39,758 nucleotides of DNA, taken from NCBI RefSeq assembly GCF_001194135.2, contig NC_068981.1:17839840-17879597 (forward strand), in the 5' to 3' direction. The notes beneath the pieces were generated by a model, which made no database searches, was not told the origin of the DNA, and saw only the letters and a program-made list of their open reading frames with translations. Position 1 is the stretch's first letter; the number at the start of each line of letters is the position of its first letter. Below, one piece after another: positions 34,347-39,758 of this stretch. The stretch comes from Octopus bimaculoides (taxonomy: Eukaryota). The position numbers and the translations under genes were made by a program.

Positions 34347-34715
34347 GTTGGCACTCCGTCGCTTATGATGTCGAGGGTTCCAGTTGATCCGATCAACGGA
34401 ACAGCCTGCTCGTGAAATTAACGTGCAAGTGGCTGAGCAATCCACTGACACGTGTACCCTTAACGTAGTTCTCGGGGATATTCAGCGTGACACAGTGTGA
34501 CCCTTTGAATTACAGGCACAACAGAAACAGGAAGTAAGAGTGAGAGAAAGTTGTGGTAAAAGAGTACAACAGGGTTCGCCACCATCCCCTGCCGGAGCCT
34601 GGTGGAGCTTTAGGTGTTTTCGCTCAATAAACGCTCACAACGCCCGGTCTGGGAATCGAAACCGCAATCCTATGACTGCGAGTCCGCTGCCTAACCACTG
34701 GGCCATTGCGCCTCC
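34347..34715 (-). mobile_element. SINE family C with 13-bp TSD
   Basis: TSD CTACTACTACAAT at 34334-34346 and 34717-34729. Confidence 0.88.
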
Positions 34716-35011
34716 TCTACTACTACAATACGCACACACAAACACACACACCACTTGGTGCACACCTCTTGATGACAATTCATGGTGATTACCTCATCTT
34801 GTCAGATGATAGCTGTCTCACTTGCGAGACATTTGTATATCATGTCGTTGGATTTAAGTGACAAAAGCTTGTATAACACTTTTGCCCCTCTCTCTCAATT
34901 GCCATGTTAGGTTCCAGTAACAAGCATTGAATATAAAACATGTAGAATATTTGGGCCAGATATTTTCACTTTAAATACTAAATGGTTACGCTATTTCTTT
35001 TTTTTTTCCAG

Positions 35012-35074
35012 ATTGTTGCTTTTGATGCTATAAATCCAAATGGTAAAATGTTTATGGCTAAGAAAATCTATGAT
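35012..35074 (+). CDS. POLA2: POLA2 coding exon 9
   Basis: TTTTTCCAG|; IVAFDAINPNGKMFMAKKIYD (63 nt); donor |GTAAGT. Confidence 0.95.
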
Positions 35075-35161
35075 GTAAGTTTTATGAAAAGTTTTAGCAA
35101 CCTTCATATAAAGCTGGGTTTGACTCATCTTTTTGCAGAAGGAGGTGGCTTTATGCTAAGT

Positions 35162-35419
35162 TAGTGGTTCTCAACCATTTTTTACCTGTGGACCCCTTTC
35201 ATTCCTATTTTACTTGGATGGGACCCCTGTAGCCATTTGATGCTTAAAAATAACCTATTATATTTTTATAATTAAATTTTATTAAGAATTGTATAAAAAC
35301 AATTGTTAAAATATTTTGTGTGTTGTAGAAGCATAACCAGTTTATTTGGAGATAGATTTTAACAAGAAAATCTTATGTGGACTGCCAAGGATCATGTGAT
35401 CTCTGGTTGAGAACCATTG
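35162..35419. mobile_element. hAT MITE (258 bp)
   Basis: TIR TAGTGGTTCTCAACC / GGTTGAGAACCATTG; 8-bp TSD TGCTAAGT / TGCTAGGT. Confidence 0.85.
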
Positions 35420-36018
35420 TGCTAGGTGATGAGATAAAGGGAACCAGAACAGAACAGATTCTTGCTATTGAGGAGATACAAGGCTAATTATATCTTACAA
35501 GAGTCAACCAGGAATTTAAGTGGATTTAGTTAATTAAATTTGGCATTAGGAAGGGCATCCAGCCTTAGAAACCATGCCAAAACAGACATGGAATCCGAGC
35601 AGCTGACCAGCTCCTGTCAAACTGTTCAACCCATGCCTGCATGGAAAATGATGATGGTGATGAAATTAACTCCAGTACGCTGGAGAATGAAATGTAAAGT
35701 TGGTCTTGGTTTGATTTGAACTCAAAACATAAAGAACCACAACAAATGCCACAAGGCTTTTTGTCTAATGCTCTAACAATTTTTGTAATCAACAACAAAA
35801 TTTGTGAAACTAATTCAATATCATCAAAGTTTTACTTCTGATTTTCCATGCTGGTATGGGTTGGACATTTTTTCTAAGAGACTTTTGTTCAGCTTATGAC
35901 ATGCAGGGATGCAGTTTATTTATTCTAAAACCAGAATTCATGCAATATATAGTATATTATATACAATATTCTAGAAATGGTGGCTATCATTCTGAAAGCT
36001 TTGAATTATATTTTCTAG

Positions 36019-36067
36019 AATGTTCCGTTGCAGCAAGCTCCTCTAGTGCCAGAGAAATTGCCAAAAG
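36019..36067 (+). CDS. POLA2: POLA2 coding exon 10
   Basis: TTTTCTAG|; NVPLQQAPLVPEKLPK+G; donor |GTAGGT, phase 1, matching the phase-1 start of exon 11. Confidence 0.85.
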
Positions 36068-36250
36068 GTAGGTTTGTTCTGAATTTTTTTCTCTATTAAT
36101 TTACTAACAGACTGGGTGCTTTGTCATGTCTAGTTTGGTGCCACACTAAAGTTCACTTTGTCAGTATCAGTACACACACATACATACATACACACACACA
36201 TATATATATATGTGTATTACTGTTCTATATTTAAGAGATGAGGAATTATG

Positions 36251-36475
36251 TACATTATTTACAATTGATGGTTGTTTGTCCTCATCTTGTTTGTTGTTAG
36301 CACAACGTTTCGGCTGATATACCCTCCAGCCTTCATCAGGTGTCTTGGGGAAACAAGAACCCAGGTTCGAAATTTCCCCAAGACACCTGATGAAGGCTGG
36401 AGGGTATATCAGCCGAAACGTTGTGCTAACAACAAACAAGATGAGGACAAATATCAGTCAATTGTAAATAATGTA
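36251..36475. mobile_element. Inverted pair of Penelope-like element terminal fragments (palindrome)
   Basis: Perfect 79-bp IR at 36275-36353 / 36373-36451 plus outer 18-bp IR at 36251-36268 / 36458-36475. Each arm has the CCTGATGAAG...CCGAAACG motif typical of Penelope pseudo-LTRs. Confidence 0.75.
36384..36425 (+). ncRNA. Minimal type I hammerhead ribozyme motif (mirror copy at 36301-36342, minus strand)
   Basis: CAC-CUGAUGA-A-GGCUG(GAGGGUAUAU)CAGCC-GAA-ACGU-U-GUG: intact core, 5-bp stem II, palindromic ACGU stem III, 3-bp stem I. Predicted cleavage after 36422. Confidence 0.7.
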
Positions 36476-36811
36476 AATAATATATGTATGTATGCATACA
36501 TATATAATTATTTATTTAAAGGTTACAATACATGTATTAAAGCGCTACTAATAGTTTCATATGTTGAGAAAACTCAAACATATTCTTCAGGCGCAAACCA
36601 CATATAACGGATCAGTACATTACACACATACATGCATAATAGTTTACTGTTACTTTAAGGGTCAGATCAATAAAAAAAGTACTGCATCTAGTGAGAGATA
36701 AATATCATTTAATGCTCACAGCATTAAAATAAGAATTACTAATAGTTCTTTGTCTTAGGTTAAAATCTGCCTAACCACATGTCATAATGGCAATAAACTA
36801 TTAGTAACTCT

Positions 36812-36987
36812 GGTAAATTTTCAGATTAACACCCACACTGTTTTCACTAGGGTGTTAGGGTTTTAGGGTCAAGGTTAGGGTTACGGTTACAGTTAGGGTT
36901 TTAGGGTTAGGGTTAGGGAATTCCGTCCATAACCCTAACCCTAACACCCTAGTGAAGCTCGTGCGGGTGTTAATCTGAAAATTTACC
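36812..36987. mobile_element. Telomeric-repeat TIR element, copy 2 (POLA2 intron 10)
   Basis: Same TIRs as 19001-19166 (GGTAAATTTTCAGATTAACACCC... / ...GGGTGTTAATCTGAAAATTTACC) and same GGGAATTCCGTCC core; ~9 TTAGGG-like units precede the core and 2-3 CCCTAA follow. Confidence 0.8.
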
Positions 36988-37316
36988 GTATCTCTTTACT
37001 TAATACAGTGTACCTTAAATGATATATGTATCTACATGTACATATATATGTGTGTGTATCTTTACATGTACAGTGTTTGTAAAAAATGGTTCATCCATGC
37101 AGTGTTCTTTGTCTCCAGTTTTCTACATAACCATGTTTGGGCTGTTTGTTGTTTGACAGACCGGGTGATTAGGAAACATGTAACTGTTAACGATAGGAAG
37201 AGCATCTGACTGTAGAAATCTCTGCCCCAGTATTCTCTCATCTGATCCATACTTGCACGCAAATGTCGACTTTAAAATGATGATATTTAATAAAAGACTT
37301 AATTCCATCTTTGTAG

Positions 37317-37438
37317 GCTCCAGTTTGAATATCTTGATAGCTGCTGGGCCGTTTCTTACAACAGACAGTATAATGTTTGAACCTCTCACAGATCTTTTAA
37401 ATGTTTGCCAGAAAGAGAAACCTCATATGTGTATTTTG
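37317..37438 (+). CDS. POLA2: POLA2 coding exon 11
   Basis: CTTTGTAG|; (G)SSLNILIAAGPFLTTDSIMFEPLTDLLNVCQKEKPHMCIL, with the A.GPF/Y...D...EPL.DL...P...IL phosphoesterase-like domain start; donor |GTGAGT. Confidence 0.97.
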
Positions 37439-37913
37439 GTGAGTTGTACCCCTTTGCTGATTTTTTTCTCTTTTTTTTTTTCTCCCTGACTTCACTGGTG
37501 CTGGTGCTTCGTAAAAAATCATCCAGTCCACTCTGTAAAGTGGTTGGAATTAGGAAGGCCATCCAGCTGTAAAATCCATGCCAAAATAGACATTGGAGCC
37601 TGGGGAAGTCCTCTGGCTTGCCAGCTCCTGTCAAAACATCCGACCCATGCAAGCGTGGAAGATGGATGTTAAATAGTGATGATGATGTTGATGATGATAA
37701 TGATAATGTCAGCATGGAACATGGATATTAAAAGATAATGATGATAAGCATAATGACAATAATTTAATCAGAGATAAAATTCTGGTATCCTCCACAGTTT
37801 TAATTCCTCTCTGAAGCCATTTCTTTTTATTTATATTGTTAATATTTTTGTTCTATCTCGGGGGCATCATTGTACCAATAATAAACATGCACTTGTTCAA
37901 TTCTTTTATTATT

Positions 37914-38163
37914 ATTATTATTAGTCAATTGGTTTAACATCTAACCAATTAACTAATTGATTGTTTGATTAATTTTTTGGTCAATCAGACAACTAGGTTT
38001 GTCAAAGTCATTTCATTGCCATTTGCGACCTCATGAGTGACATACCCTCTGAAGTCCAGGCCTGCTTTACTTTGGCAAACCTAGCTTATTGATTGATTGA
38101 TTGACCAAATGATTAATCATTTTGTTAATTGATTAAATGGTTAACGAATTGACTAGTAATAAT
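37914..38163. repeat. Degenerate inverted-repeat element with (GATT)n-rich arms
   Basis: ATTATTAGTCAATTGGTTTAAC pairs with GTTAACGAATTGACTAGTAATAAT; inner TAGGTTTGTCAAAGT pairs with ACTTTGGCAAACCTA. Confidence 0.6.
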
Positions 38164-38982
38164 GTAAGAAGTGAAATAGAACCTGCGCATGTATTACTGT
38201 TGATGTAATGACCCTCCCAAGATACAACAAAATCTGCTTCAACACATAAGTTCACATCAAGAAAAGCATGAACACCATGAAATACCATTCACTTTCCTCT
38301 ATAAGGCTTTGTATTTGTTTAAGAAATTGTAAAAGAATTTCTACCAATGATAATTTCTATATTCTAAAAGTTGATGATGCATCAAACAAGAAACCGGACC
38401 AATAAGTTGGAATTTATTTAGGAGTTGAAGTTCCATTTGTTTCTGTTATCTAATTTTTGTTTTCTTAATAACATTGCCTTGGTAAATCTCAAAAGTGGCT
38501 TTGTGGTTAAGCAGTTTGCTTCCCAACCATGTGGTTTTGAGTTCAGTCCCATTGCATAGCACCTTGGATGAGTGTACTCTACCTTAGCCTTGGGTCAATC
38601 AAAACCTTGTGGGTGGATTTGGTAGATGGAAACTGAAAGAAGCCCATTTTGTATGTATGTGTACTTTGTCTTAACATACATGATGATTGTAAATGAGAAT
38701 GAGTAACACTGCCATTCAGGTGATGTTATTCATTTCCAGTCTTCTGTGGAAAACATGTGCTGGGCCACATAAAAAGAACTCAGTCCTCTCTGCTGGGTGG
38801 TTGGTGTTAGGAAGGGCGTCCAGCCATAAAAACCATGCCAAAACAGACATGGAAGTCTGGTGCAGTCTTCTGCCTGGCCAGCTCCTGTCAAACCGTCCAA
38901 CCCATGCCGGCATGGAAAGCAGACGTGAAATAATGATGATGATGATATCATTTACTAAGTCTTATTACCGTTTATTTAACAG

Positions 38983-39021
38983 ATCGGACCATTCCTTGAT
39001 GAAGAACACACTGGTATCCAG
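38983..39021 (+). CDS. POLA2: POLA2 coding exon 12; gene continues beyond the window
   Basis: TTTAACAG|; IGPFLDEEHTGIQ (conserved GPFLD..H); 39 nt; donor |GTAAGT. Confidence 0.95.
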
Positions 39022-39116
39022 GTAAGTGTTGACTCATTTTAGATCTTGTCAAATATAGAATTTATATATAATAGGTACAGGAGTGGCTGTGTAGCAAGAA
39101 GCTTGCTTTCCAACCA

Positions 39117-39347
39117 GGCGAGCTGGCAGAAATGTTAGCACGCCGGGCGAAATGCTTAGCGGTATTTCGTCTGCCGTTACGTCCTGAGTTCAAATACCAC
39201 CAAGGTCAACTTTGCCTTTCATCCTTTCGGGGTCAATAAATTAAGTACCAGTCATGTACTGGGGTCGATGTAATCAACTTGATCCCTTTGTCTGTCCATA
39301 TTTGTCCCCTCTATGTTTTTAGCCCCTTGTGGGCAATAAAGAAATAA
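39117..39347 (+). mobile_element. SINE family B inserted into the head of a family A SINE
   Basis: TSD GAAGCTTGCTTTCCAAC (39098-39114) / GAAGCATGCTTTCCAAC (39348-39364); the host SINE resumes after the insertion. Confidence 0.85.
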
Positions 39348-39524
39348 GAAGCATGCTTTCCAACGACATGGTTCCAGGTTCAGTCCCACTGCCTGGCACC
39401 TTGGTCAAGTGTCCTTTATAGTTTTGGGCCAACCAAAGCCTTGTAAGTGGATTTGGTAGATGTAAACTGAAAGAAATTTATATCCTTATATATATATATA
39501 TATCTATATATATAAAAATGAGAA

Positions 39525-39559
<35 letters not shown>

Positions 39560-39758
39560 GTGAATCCCTAAAACTCGAGAACTACGCAACCAATTTCATT
39601 CAAATTTTACACATGCCTTACTTAGGGTTCCAGTTGTGTTTTAGTCAAAAAAAATTATTAACTTCTTGCAGAGTTCGAGCACACGGCAACATAATATCTC
39701 CTCCACTATTTAAGTATTACGTGTCAAAAGTGAAACAAAAACACTCATGTCAAATACT

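Noticed and set aside
36019-37438. Apparent 1-nt slide of intron 10 (phase 1) relative to human POLA2
   Set aside because: It depends on my recollection of human exon boundaries, which I cannot verify; needs alignment of annotated gene structures.

Overview
AT-rich, repeat-dense eukaryotic genomic DNA. The SINE families suggest a coleoid cephalopod, probably Octopus (inferred from recognition, not a search). Two divergently oriented intron-containing genes are supported. (1) The first coding exon (PB1 domain) of SQSTM1/p62 lies on the minus strand at 1443-1275; the gene continues off the left edge. (2) Coding exons 1-12 of POLA2 (DNA polymerase alpha subunit B) lie on the plus strand at 19734-39021. 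They splice into one open frame of 385 codons and the gene continues off the right edge. POLA2 intron 3 is a U12-type (minor spliceosome) GT-AG intron. The ~18 kb between the genes and the POLA2 introns are filled with tRNA-derived SINEs, RTE, R4-like and CR1/L2-like LINE relics, a Gypsy gag relic, hAT and Tc1/mariner MITEs, and microsatellites. Most notable non-coding structures: a perfect 79-bp palindrome carrying two Penelope-type minimal hammerhead ribozyme motifs in POLA2 intron 10; two copies of a TIR element enclosing head-to-head TTAGGG/CCCTAA repeats (upstream of POLA2 and in intron 10); a fold-back Tc1/mariner element with a LINE-like spacer; and a tRNA-like cloverleaf inside an inverted repeat in the U12 intron. 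There are three N gaps, two flanked by artefactual duplications. Apart from ORFs overlapping the exons and transposon relics named here, the ORF track appears to be noise. Repeat boundaries are approximate unless TIRs or TSDs are given.
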